A stretch of DNA of 64,000 nucleotides from a virus. Each line of letters opens with the position of its first letter. The stretch's first letter is position 1. A model generated the notes under the pieces. It saw nothing but the letters and a program-made list of their open reading frames with translations. It was not told where the DNA came from and did no database searches. Shown piece after piece: positions 37,859-47,037 of the stretch. The position numbers and the translations under genes are program-made. Location: the UHGV virus genome UHGV-1579991; one strand, 5' to 3'.

Positions 37859-38551
37859 GTGCGGTTTACACTCGTAGATGATATGAGCATACCTTGTGCA
37901 TATATGCCAAACATATATGTGTTTGCTGATGGCAATGAGTATGCAATATCTCCAATAGGTTCACAATCACTTGATTATGACGGCTCATGTATTGTACGTA
38001 TTACCAAGTCAGACTGGATTGAAATGTTTGGCGCTGGTGTTACACAAGGCAGACTTAAATTTGGCTATGGCACAAATGAGCTTGAATTTTGTGAATTGAT
38101 AAGCGCTGCAACTGCTGAAGTCAAATTCGTTATTGGTTATGAACAAAGCCAGTCTGTCACTGCAACATTTAGTGATTTGCTGCATAATCCACTTGTCGCA
38201 ACAAACAACAATTCTGCACAAGCAACAATTACATATACATTTAGTCATGCGACATTTAGAACAGCAGCATTTAAGATTATCGGTAATGTGACATTATTAC
38301 CAGGCGGTGATGTAAGTAACACAGCTACAATTCTTGCGCCTAATTATAGTACAACAATTAAGTACACTACGTCATCAACGCCAAAACTATTTGAGCATTC
38401 AATGACATTTGAGCGTAACAATGAAATGCTTGAGTATGTTGGCACTGAAGTAGACAGACATGCGTATTGTCAAATGAGACGTAGAACTACGGGCTTAACT
38501 GTATATTGTCATGTGTATATTGATGATAGCATGCTTAATATGATGAATTGA
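37859..38551 (+). CDS. Hypothetical beta-rich protein on the plus strand; GTG start at 37859 or ATG at 37883
   Basis: Only plus-strand gene in a long minus-strand array; preceded by a G7 tract (37826-37832) and followed by a strong hairpin terminator. Confidence 0.45.
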   Translation: MRFTLVDDMSIPCAYMPNIYVFADGNEYAISPIGSQSLDYDGSCIVRITKSDWIEMFGAGVTQGRLKFGYGTNELEFCELISAATAEVKFVIGYEQSQSVTATFSDLLHNPLVATNNNSAQATITYTFSHATFRTAAFKIIGNVTLLPGGDVSNTATILAPNYSTTIKYTTSSTPKLFEHSMTFERNNEMLEYVGTEVDRHAYCQMRRRTTGLTVYCHVYIDDSMLNMMN

Positions 38552-38576
38552 TAGTTGTGTAACATTGCGCAAAAAG

Positions 38577-38604
38577 AAAGCCGAACTGAAATTCAGTTCG
38601 GCTT
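38577..38604. terminator. Bidirectional rho-independent terminator between convergent genes
   Basis: Stem aagccgaactga/tcagttcggctt with AAATT loop, flanked by A-run upstream and T-run downstream. Confidence 0.7.
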
Positions 38605-38629
38605 TCTTTTTGCATACGCTTATGCTATG

Positions 38630-41600
38630 TTAGAACAGAGCAATGATGTTGTCGACAAACATAAAGCATGCATGCAGCAATTCAGCTGTCGGCGTCATCT
38701 CATATGCTTTGCCATCATACATGAATCGCACAGTGACAATTGGTGATACTTCGTCTTTGAATGCAAGCACTGGAATGTCTACGCCTGCAGTCAATTGCAC
38801 TTCAACGTCCTTGTCAGCTGCTGCATCTTTAGCAATCACTGCGATATCTCGACAACGACCAGCAGCTACTGCATACCGAACATTTGTCAATGCTGCAGAC
38901 ATATCAACAAGAGCTTGCATAATTTGCTGTTGAGTAAATTGCTCGACTGACTTCTTTGCAGCCTTGACTGCTTCGATATCTTGCGTATTTGCAAGAATCA
39001 ATGCTACCACTGCAGGGTCAGAAGTAGTCCACCAACGGCCATCAATTGCAAGCCACAGTCGATTGCCATTGACGTCAATTGCATATGCATATTGAGTGTT
39101 TGGTGCCAATGTGACTTTTCGAGTGTTCTTTAAGAACTCTGCTGCATCAGGAGCTGCAACAATGTTCTTGACAAATGACGGCAGCATTTCAGCTTCAAAT
39201 GTTTGTGTAGCTTCAAAGACACCGCCACGTGCATCGTCATCAATTCTGCCTGCAAAGCGTTTGCAGATTTGAATGATTGTAGCCATGCCTACTGTTGGAA
39301 CGACTTGACGTTTCATTGCAGGCATTTGCAGAGGCATTGTATCTTGTGCAATGTACAATGATGCAACATCAACTGTGTCAAGTACTCGTACAATGTCAGC
39401 AGCGTCAACAATTACAAACCAGTCACCATCATGACAAACAATCAGTTGCTTGCTATCATTTGCGAATGTTAACAGCACTGCAACGTCATTTTTGATTGAT
39501 ATTGCAGGAATCCATGCTTGTTGCAGAGGTAAGTCAAGATTTGGTGTGCCGCATGGATAAAGCGCAGATGGCTGCATAATTGAGCGGCAATCAAAACCTA
39601 TTGAACTTACAAGCTGCAGAACTTCGCCACGAATGCAAGCATTACTTTGATTCTGTGTCATATCATATGCAAGCCAACTGCAAATTGCTTTGATTGATGA
39701 CACTGGAAATGCTATGCCAATTGTGCTGTATGCAATCTTGCCGTCTGCTGACAATGACTCATCAACTGCAATGCCAGCATCATTGAACAATGACATATCA
39801 ATTGAACAATGGAATTCGCCACCAGGCATTGGACCTGCAGCAATACCATAGCCAGGACCAAGTGACAGCCATTCTTTCATTGCATCTGAATTGTATGACG
39901 AGAACTTGTACAACACATATGACTTATGCGGGTCACTAACTGACTTGCGAATCTCCATCTTGGCGCCTGCTTTCTTTGCAATTGCTTTGATGTTGTCAGC
40001 ATGCTTCTTTGCCTCAGACTTGTCAAATTTGCCTTCATCAAGTTGAGCAATCTTGCCAAGCGCATAAGCAGTCCATGCAATTGACAATTGATTCAGTGCA
40101 CCAACTTCTGACCACGACTTTTCTGCAAACCATGAGCCAAGACCAGATTTGTCAAGAGTTGCTTTGCGTTCAGCTTTTGTTGCAGCATCCCACCACTTGC
40201 CTGTTGCAGGCAACACAATGTCTTTGATTTGCTCCTTGCGAAGCTCATTGACGCCAATTTTGCCCTCATGAATATGCGCATTTGCATGATATGCTCTAAG
40301 AGCAGCCAATGCAGCATCATATGAGTCATAGTCTTGCGGCCAGAATTCCCCATTCTTGCCAATGATGCCCCATACGCCCTTTGACTTTTCTTGGATGACA
40401 GAGTCTTTGTCACCAGCAGCTTCATTGACAAATGCAGTGTTAAGATATGCAATGACATGCTGAAGCTCTTTGTCGTCTGCAGACTCATTGACGTTCTTAG
40501 CGTAATCACCAAGAATTGATTCAACTTTGCCACGTAAATTGCTTGGCATATCATCAAGGTCAAGATTGCCATACTTCGTGACTTCTGGTTGAGACAATCC
40601 AAGCAATTTCAACACCTTATCACGGTACTTGTTTGCGAGCTTCTTCCAAATCCAGCGGAATGTTACAGCGCCAATCAAGAATTTGATGAGGCCCTCATCA
40701 AGTACATGTTGTTCACGCAAATATGCTGTAATGCATGAACGTTGACCATCAGTTAAGTCAACCCACATTTTATCAAGCAGTATTGAATCTGGGTTGCTTG
40801 CAATGCCAGCGCCACTGCGGTTGTACACATTCATTCTGTCAATTGCTGGTGTTGCGTCATTGTCCCACCAAGCTTGCGCATATGAACATCCAGCAGGATT
40901 TGAGATTGCCTCATCAATGTACATGACATTGAAAATTTCGCAAAGACGCTTGCGACATTCAGGTGACATAACTTGCCATTGTGTTGCAATTTTGTCTTCT
41001 GACCACTGCAACAGCATGTCTGCAAATTCTTTACCTGCACATTGCTCAACTGCGCCATGTTTCGAACGCCAATAATTGTCAGGCTCAATCTGCGCAATTG
41101 CATGAACAAATGAAGTCAGATTGTATGACGCAGATTCGCAAATGCAATGCTGTTCAATGTAGCTACGAACAGCAAGTGCAGTGTCTTCCGGCAAGTTGCT
41201 ATATGGTGACTCATAGATGTTTGCTTGCTGATTGAGCATATGTGGAGCGACTTCTGCAATGATTTGTTTGCGAACATTCAATGGCCATGCATTCCACGAA
41301 GATTCCACAGATTCATCAAGATGCATACCAATTGCATCCATAACTGCATCAGCATCTTTGCCCGACAGTTCGTCAAACAATTTGTCTACTACTGCAGCGT
41401 CATATCGCAAATTTGGCTGAGCTTTTGCAAGAGCATCCATCATTGCTTTGCGTTCTTGTTTTGACGCATTGTTCCATGTGCCAGCATACAATTCTGCTGT
41501 CGCGCTTTCACAAACAATATCTGCAGTAGCATATGCTTGCTTCATAATGTCCATGAAGATTGACTTCATTTTTGGATGCATCACATGATACTTTTCATTG

Positions 41601-41836
41601 TAAATGTCAAGTGTGCCATAGACATCTTTCAATGGTCTAATGCTTTCTGATGAGCCGAATGATGGCTTCAAAATTGAATTGCATACACGTTCAACGGTGC
41701 CACGCATAAACTTGACATCACTTCGCTTGTCACTGATAGACATAAATGCATCAATGACAGACTTGATGGTGTCATCTGCGGCTTCATTAACAAAGCCTAC
41801 TGGTCGACCGCCAAACTTGTTTGTTTGTGTTGTCAT
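38630..41836 (-). CDS. Large hypothetical protein, 1068 aa
   Basis: Uninterrupted ORF; no polymerase, helicase or nuclease motif recognised. Confidence 0.55.
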   Translation of the reverse strand: MTTQTNKFGGRPVGFVNEAADDTIKSVIDAFMSISDKRSDVKFMRGTVERVCNSILKPSFGSSESIRPLKDVYGTLDIYNEKYHVMHPKMKSIFMDIMKQAYATADIVCESATAELYAGTWNNASKQERKAMMDALAKAQPNLRYDAAVVDKLFDELSGKDADAVMDAIGMHLDESVESSWNAWPLNVRKQIIAEVAPHMLNQQANIYESPYSNLPEDTALAVRSYIEQHCICESASYNLTSFVHAIAQIEPDNYWRSKHGAVEQCAGKEFADMLLQWSEDKIATQWQVMSPECRKRLCEIFNVMYIDEAISNPAGCSYAQAWWDNDATPAIDRMNVYNRSGAGIASNPDSILLDKMWVDLTDGQRSCITAYLREQHVLDEGLIKFLIGAVTFRWIWKKLANKYRDKVLKLLGLSQPEVTKYGNLDLDDMPSNLRGKVESILGDYAKNVNESADDKELQHVIAYLNTAFVNEAAGDKDSVIQEKSKGVWGIIGKNGEFWPQDYDSYDAALAALRAYHANAHIHEGKIGVNELRKEQIKDIVLPATGKWWDAATKAERKATLDKSGLGSWFAEKSWSEVGALNQLSIAWTAYALGKIAQLDEGKFDKSEAKKHADNIKAIAKKAGAKMEIRKSVSDPHKSYVLYKFSSYNSDAMKEWLSLGPGYGIAAGPMPGGEFHCSIDMSLFNDAGIAVDESLSADGKIAYSTIGIAFPVSSIKAICSWLAYDMTQNQSNACIRGEVLQLVSSIGFDCRSIMQPSALYPCGTPNLDLPLQQAWIPAISIKNDVAVLLTFANDSKQLIVCHDGDWFVIVDAADIVRVLDTVDVASLYIAQDTMPLQMPAMKRQVVPTVGMATIIQICKRFAGRIDDDARGGVFEATQTFEAEMLPSFVKNIVAAPDAAEFLKNTRKVTLAPNTQYAYAIDVNGNRLWLAIDGRWWTTSDPAVVALILANTQDIEAVKAAKKSVEQFTQQQIMQALVDMSAALTNVRYAVAAGRCRDIAVIAKDAAADKDVEVQLTAGVDIPVLAFKDEVSPIVTVRFMYDGKAYEMTPTAELLHACFMFVDNIIALF

Positions 41837-41900
41837 ATATCAACTATTTTGATTGTCAATCAATTGATTTGTTTGTTATATGTATGCAACAATGCAAAAT

Positions 41901-41926
41901 GAACCTGCAAATTTCTTCGCAGGTTC
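41901..41926 (-). terminator. Hairpin terminator downstream of RNR gene
   Basis: Stem gaacctgc/gcaggttc with T-run on plus side. Confidence 0.45.
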
Positions 41927-41949
41927 ATTTTTGTATGCATCATGCAGCA

Positions 41950-44900
41950 TCAATTACATGCTGAATGTCCGCAGTTGGTGCATCGAACACAGCCGTCAAA
42001 CTTGACCATGTCACCACCGCATTCAGGACACTTTGCATACATCTTTGAGCCATCTTGAATGTGTAGTTTCAATGCGCGACCAATTGCTTTGCAGAATGTG
42101 CCAACAGATGCAAAGCTTTTTGCAGTTTGGTCGACAATTTCACCAAGGTCGATGCCATTGCGAAGCATCGTTGAGTACAGTCGAGTAATTGTTTGCTGCT
42201 CATCTGAACCAAGACGTTCTGAGATATTGTCATAGTGTTGCAAGAATGACAAATTATCACCAAGCTTGTAGTGCTTCTTATCAGTCTTTGTGATTGTCGT
42301 TTGTTCAATGCCTTGCAACTTGTCAAATTCGTCTTTGTCAAGTTCAAATGCAAAGATTTCATAGGGTCGACCATCATCACAACCTACAAGAATACACCAC
42401 TTACGCTTATACACTGATACACAATACACTGCAGCAGGCAATACAGGTTTTCGTTTTGAGCGATGACCAGACTGCAAGACATGCGACTTATCCTTAGACT
42501 GCTTATCATCTTTTACGAGAACACCTGCACGTGAGCCATCTCGATAAATTGTGCAACCCTTGCAGCCAGATTTCCATGCAGTCAGATAAATTTCACGAAC
42601 AAGCTCTTTTGTTGCAGAGTTTGGAATATTGACTGTTACAGAAATTGATGAGTCAATGTACTTTTGCAACGCGCCTTGCAGTTTAACCTTGCCAATCCAG
42701 TCAACATCTTCAGTAGTTGCCTTATAGTATGGTGATTGAACAAGCAATTCATCAATGACTGCTTGCGAAGCATTTGACAACCAAGCTTTGATACGAGACA
42801 TTTCTGCTTCTGACCATTCAATGCCAGTATCTTTGACAAGGGTGAATTTGTCATCACCAAGCTGCACTCGTTTGCAAATCCACTGCATCAATGGGTAGTG
42901 AACTACAGCGTATTCAATGAACTTGTCACCAGTAGTCTCATCAATGAAGTTGATGTCTGCTTCATTATCAACTGCAGTAGGCTTTCGACGACGTTTGTGC
43001 AGTGGCATAAAAACAGGTTCAATGCCAGAAGTTGTCTGAGTCATCAAAGCTGTGGTGCCAGTTGGCGCAATTGTTGTTGTGTTGATGTTTCGACGACCAA
43101 ATTGTTGATAAGTTGTGATGTGCTCATCATCAATCAGTTCAGATAACATACGCTGAATGAACTTTGACTGCACATCTGTGTCATAGTCGAATATTGCAAA
43201 TGAGCCACGAATCTCTGCCAAGTCAATTGACGCTTCATAAGTCGCCTTTACAAGCCATTGTTGCATAGTGACTGCGAAGTCAATTGACTCTTGTGAACCA
43301 TAGCGCAAGCCAAGCATTGCCATTGCATCGCCAAGTGCAAGAAAGCCCATGCCATATCGACGAGTATTTGTCAATTTGTCATAGACTTTATGCCACAAGT
43401 CAAGCTCAGTTTTCTTAATGTCAAATGATTCTTTGTCTGATTCAACCTTTGCAATGATTCGTTGAACTGCTTCAATTTCAAGCTGCACAAGGTCATCCAT
43501 GATGACTGCACAGTCATATGTATCTTTGTAGAATGCTTCAAAGTCAAATGATGCATCAGCAGTCCAAGGATTAAGCACATATGCAGTCAAATTGCGATGT
43601 GATAAAATGCAGCTTGCATATGCTGCAAGAGGCTGTTCACCGCACTGCCTGTTGTTTACAAATACTTGCATATGTCTGTCATTTGTATCATTGACAGCGT
43701 CAAATGACCCTACAAAAAAGTTGTGATAATCATCTACAGTGCCATTATACACATCTTCTACACCATCAAGTTCAACAGTGTGTACCCTATGATTGTAGTA
43801 ATCTGCAAACTGCTTAAACTTTCTGTATGACGCATGAATAGCAGCGTCAACATTGTTAGATTTGCATTCATTTGCAAATTCTTCATAATTTGGTCGTTTG
43901 CCAAGTTTTTGCTTTGCTGCAGTATATACAAGCACTTGTTCTTTAGACCATTTTGCTTGCTGAGCTGCGTGGCCGCATTCGGCAGAACAATATGCAACTT
44001 CTCTATAAAACCAGTGCGCCCAAAATTCAGAGCCGCAATGTTCGCAAATACGTTTAACATACACTTGTTTGTCAACAAATTTAGTGTCATAGCCCATATT
44101 GCGAACTTTAATTGCTGTTGCTATGCATCTGCTATCAATGCCAACTAAATCAGGATATTTAACATTAGCGCGCGTTGCACAATGACTTAAAAATGCATCA
44201 ATAGAGCCAAATGTTTCTACTAATTTATTGTACCTGTAGCCAGACCATGCAACAGTATTATTGCCTGGCGCATAGCGCATATAGTATTCTAATTCTTTGC
44301 GACTAAGGCCTCTTCCAACTTTTGCAGTGCATTGCGTAACATAGTCTACAATTGATTGCACAGTTGTATCAATATCATATCTGCCATTACGTTCACCAGA
44401 AGTAGATGCACTCATTTTAGCAGAATACTGTGCAAAACGTTCTGCATTTGCTTTAATTTTGTATATTGGATTGTTAGTGCCTCTACGTTCAAGTGCATGT
44501 AATGCATCATGCTCTTTTTTGCTTAGTACTTGTAAGTTATTTGGGTCATTGTTTAATGAATTGCCATCGATATGATGCACTACTGTGTGTGTAGCATCAA
44601 ACTGTTCAGCATGACAGTATTCTGCTATTAAACGATGCTCAAACTTATATACACCATTATTCAACACTGCATAATATGGTGCAGATTTGCTATTTGTTTG
44701 ATAGCTAAGCACTTCATCAAATGAACATTGTTGTCTTGCAATAATTGCTAAGCTATCACCATGCTGTAATTGTCGTGCTTCTTTGTATGTGCCATCTGTT
44801 AACTTAAACTTGTGATTACCTGTGCAACGAATAACATCACCAGAATCAAGTGTAACTTTGTATATTTGCACATTTGAGCCTGTTTTGCGTGGATGCCGCA

Positions 44901-45936
44901 TTTTGCGTACAACTACATTATTGTTGTCATCATAGCAATACACATTAACATCATCGCCAATATCTGCAAGTTCACGTATTGTCATTGTTTGTCTGCCATC
45001 AGCAAGCATAACTTTAGTGCTGCCAACAATGCATGGATTTGTTGAGCGCTCTTCATACATTTTACCGTATGCTTTCGAGTTCGACTCTTCCATAATGCGG
45101 TCCCAAAAGAACACGCCGGGTTCTGCAGATGCCCATACATTGTCAACAATTTTGTCAAATAATGCTTTTGCATCTGATGTCTTATGCAGCTCTTGGCCAT
45201 CAGAGCCACGCCAAATATGTTCAAACTGCTGTTCTGCAAGCACTGCACGCATAAATGCATCAGTAAGCTTGATGGAAATGTTTGCACCTGTGATTTTTGT
45301 CAAGTCTTTTTTTGCGTCAATGAACTTATCTGCATCAGGATGCTCAATTGACAATGACAACATCAATGCGCCACGCCTGCCATTTTGTGCAACTTCTTTT
45401 GTCGATGTTGAAAAGCGTTCCATAAATGACACGACACCAGACGTCGTAATAGCACTGTTATGTACTTCTACGCCTTCTGGGCGAATATGCGACAAATCAT
45501 GGCCAACACCACCACGACGTTTCATCAACTGAACTTGCTCTTCATCTGTTTTGAAGATGCCGCCATATGAATCTGCATCATTGCCTATTACATAGCAATT
45601 TGACATTGATGTGTAACCGCCAAGACCGATACCAGCCATTGGAGAACCACCAAGTACAAATCGCTTAAATGGCTCAAGCAAATATGCAAGTCGCTCTTTT
45701 GACAATACACGTTTGCCTGTCTGTTCTTCAAATTGTGATTCTATACGGTCAAATTCATTGACCCAGCGCTCATGCATATCAGACAATGAGTGTTCATACA
45801 AATTGTCTTTGTCATGATGCAAGTATTTTGACATGCATATGTCAGCAGCCATTGAGTCGCCCGTAAATTCATGCGTCAGTGTAGTGTGCACTTCAGCATA
45901 TTCAGGCGACCCAATTTGAATGGGACGTTTTGTCAT
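41950..45936 (-). CDS. nrdJ: Ribonucleotide reductase, class II (adenosylcobalamin-dependent, NrdJ-like), interrupted in-frame by an intein
   Basis: Start at MTKRP (ATG 45936-45934); extein motifs STNP...CGEQPL (reconstitutes NPCGE), TIYRDGSR, C-terminal CPECGG...CTNCG zinc ribbon; total ORF 1328 aa is far longer than a typical RNR. Confidence 0.75.
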   Translation of the reverse strand: MTKRPIQIGSPEYAEVHTTLTHEFTGDSMAADICMSKYLHHDKDNLYEHSLSDMHERWVNEFDRIESQFEEQTGKRVLSKERLAYLLEPFKRFVLGGSPMAGIGLGGYTSMSNCYVIGNDADSYGGIFKTDEEQVQLMKRRGGVGHDLSHIRPEGVEVHNSAITTSGVVSFMERFSTSTKEVAQNGRRGALMLSLSIEHPDADKFIDAKKDLTKITGANISIKLTDAFMRAVLAEQQFEHIWRGSDGQELHKTSDAKALFDKIVDNVWASAEPGVFFWDRIMEESNSKAYGKMYEERSTNPCIVGSTKVMLADGRQTMTIRELADIGDDVNVYCYDDNNNVVVRKMRHPRKTGSNVQIYKVTLDSGDVIRCTGNHKFKLTDGTYKEARQLQHGDSLAIIARQQCSFDEVLSYQTNSKSAPYYAVLNNGVYKFEHRLIAEYCHAEQFDATHTVVHHIDGNSLNNDPNNLQVLSKKEHDALHALERRGTNNPIYKIKANAERFAQYSAKMSASTSGERNGRYDIDTTVQSIVDYVTQCTAKVGRGLSRKELEYYMRYAPGNNTVAWSGYRYNKLVETFGSIDAFLSHCATRANVKYPDLVGIDSRCIATAIKVRNMGYDTKFVDKQVYVKRICEHCGSEFWAHWFYREVAYCSAECGHAAQQAKWSKEQVLVYTAAKQKLGKRPNYEEFANECKSNNVDAAIHASYRKFKQFADYYNHRVHTVELDGVEDVYNGTVDDYHNFFVGSFDAVNDTNDRHMQVFVNNRQCGEQPLAAYASCILSHRNLTAYVLNPWTADASFDFEAFYKDTYDCAVIMDDLVQLEIEAVQRIIAKVESDKESFDIKKTELDLWHKVYDKLTNTRRYGMGFLALGDAMAMLGLRYGSQESIDFAVTMQQWLVKATYEASIDLAEIRGSFAIFDYDTDVQSKFIQRMLSELIDDEHITTYQQFGRRNINTTTIAPTGTTALMTQTTSGIEPVFMPLHKRRRKPTAVDNEADINFIDETTGDKFIEYAVVHYPLMQWICKRVQLGDDKFTLVKDTGIEWSEAEMSRIKAWLSNASQAVIDELLVQSPYYKATTEDVDWIGKVKLQGALQKYIDSSISVTVNIPNSATKELVREIYLTAWKSGCKGCTIYRDGSRAGVLVKDDKQSKDKSHVLQSGHRSKRKPVLPAAVYCVSVYKRKWCILVGCDDGRPYEIFAFELDKDEFDKLQGIEQTTITKTDKKHYKLGDNLSFLQHYDNISERLGSDEQQTITRLYSTMLRNGIDLGEIVDQTAKSFASVGTFCKAIGRALKLHIQDGSKMYAKCPECGGDMVKFDGCVRCTNCGHSACN
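43645..45033 (-). mobile_element. Intein (about 463 aa) with Hint blocks and an HNH endonuclease domain, apparently ending in Gln
   Basis: Begins at Cys after STNP (CIVGSTKVMLADGRQTMTIRELADIGDD, block A); block B GNHKFKLTDG; HNH motif VVHHIDGNSLNNDPNNLQVLSKKEHDALH; zinc-finger-like CEHCGSEF...CSAECGH; block F VYNGTVDDYHNFFVG; ends ...VFVNNRQ immediately before CGEQ. Confidence 0.65.
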
Positions 45937-45973
45937 TGTAACAGTGCATTTAAGTGTTTTAACAGTTTTATGT

Positions 45974-46007
45974 ATAAATTGTACAACAATGGGCAAAATT
46001 TTGCATC
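45974..46007 (-). promoter_or_regulatory. Promoter-like conserved motif containing TTGTACAA upstream of RNR
   Basis: Minus-strand GATGCAAAATTTTGCCCATTGTTGTACAATTTATAC. Confidence 0.5.
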
Positions 46008-46061
46008 AACTCAAAACAGCCAAGCAATTCATTGCTTGGCTGTTTTGAGTTGATGCTGCGC

Positions 46062-46367
46062 TTAGTATTGCTTGTATTGTATCTGCATTGCATCATACAA
46101 AAGCAGTCGAACATCTTTGTTCATTGTAAGCTTTGACATTGTAGTTTCATGTTTGTCTTTGCCAATGTTAAAATTTACAATGGTGCTACCTACTGCAGAC
46201 ATCAATTGCAGAAAATTCAACTTTGTCATTGCTTTGCCATTATAACGTATCTGCTGTTGTTTGATAAGTTCGTCCATGTAGTCAAACAGCTGCCAATTTT
46301 CTACATTGTTAGCTTTGACCGCTAATTCAAGTGTTTGACGATACTTGCTAAGCTTGTTTGTTGCCAT
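46062..46367 (-). CDS. Hypothetical protein, 101 aa
   Basis: ORF. Confidence 0.4.
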   Translation of the reverse strand: MATNKLSKYRQTLELAVKANNVENWQLFDYMDELIKQQQIRYNGKAMTKLNFLQLMSAVGSTIVNFNIGKDKHETTMSKLTMNKDVRLLLYDAMQIQYKQY

Positions 46368-46383
46368 AGTGCATAGTATTTAG

Positions 46384-46845
46384 TTATTGTGCTTTTGCTT
46401 GTGCAGTGTAATAAGTGATTGCATCAATGTAAGGTAGTTCTTTAGACATTAGCCAATCAATGCCAAATACTGTATCTTGGCGAAATCTTCGTTGTGCAAT
46501 CATTTGAACTTCGATTGGCATATCTACGTCCTTGCCAAATCTGATTGTATTTGCAAGTTCTGTGATTGCATATCTGAGAATTTTATCGGTACTCATTGTT
46601 AAGGTGCTTTCCGGCAATTGCCAATAACGTTCTTGGAATGCTCGATTTGCTGAGTAAGTCCAAAGTTCAAGTCTTGCATTTCTGCAATCATATGAAACAA
46701 TCAGACTTAATCCTTTTGTCCAGCAATGTGCTATCTTAATGATTGGCTTGTCATCATTGATAGATGACATTGCTTGCAGTTTTTCGAAATCTTTAACATA
46801 TCTGTTATCATTCGAAAGCTGTTCCATTATTTCACCGTAAGTCAT
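46384..46845 (-). CDS. Hypothetical protein (start at MTYGEIMEQ)
   Basis: ATG 46845-46843 downstream of promoter motif 46866-46910. Confidence 0.45.
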   Translation of the reverse strand: MTYGEIMEQLSNDNRYVKDFEKLQAMSSINDDKPIIKIAHCWTKGLSLIVSYDCRNARLELWTYSANRAFQERYWQLPESTLTMSTDKILRYAITELANTIRFGKDVDMPIEVQMIAQRRFRQDTVFGIDWLMSKELPYIDAITYYTAQAKAQ

Positions 46846-46865
46846 TGTAGTAGAGGTTAAAATAT

Positions 46866-46910
46866 ATTGATATATAATAATTATACTACAAAGTTGCCAG
46901 ATTTGCACCA
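46866..46910 (-). promoter_or_regulatory. Promoter-like conserved motif
   Basis: Minus-strand GGTGCAAATCTGGCAACTTTGTAGTATAATTATTATATATC. Confidence 0.55.
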
Positions 46911-46964
46911 GAATGTATAACAAGTTTGCATAAAAAAGTTTTTACATAAAATGGCAAACAAAAA

Positions 46965-46996
46965 ACAAGCAGACTGCAATTGCAGCCTGCTTGCGC
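46965..46996 (-). terminator. Rho-independent terminator
   Basis: Stem caagcagactgcaa/ttgcagcctgcttg followed on minus strand by TTTTTGTTTG. Confidence 0.6.
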
Positions 46997-47037
46997 CAAA
47001 ACAGAAAAAGATGATAACTTAACCCAAAAACCTAACT

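Noticed and set aside
43645-45033. Alternative intein boundary ending at the canonical-looking Asn pair (VFVNN) two residues earlier
   Set aside because: That would leave Arg as the +1 residue, which cannot act as the splicing nucleophile, and would not rebuild the NPCGE active-site motif; the Gln-terminal model is the only one consistent with both
45017-45532. Plus-strand 171-aa ORF inside the RNR/intein region
   Set aside because: Antisense to the intein-containing RNR gene; no motif; typical shadow ORF
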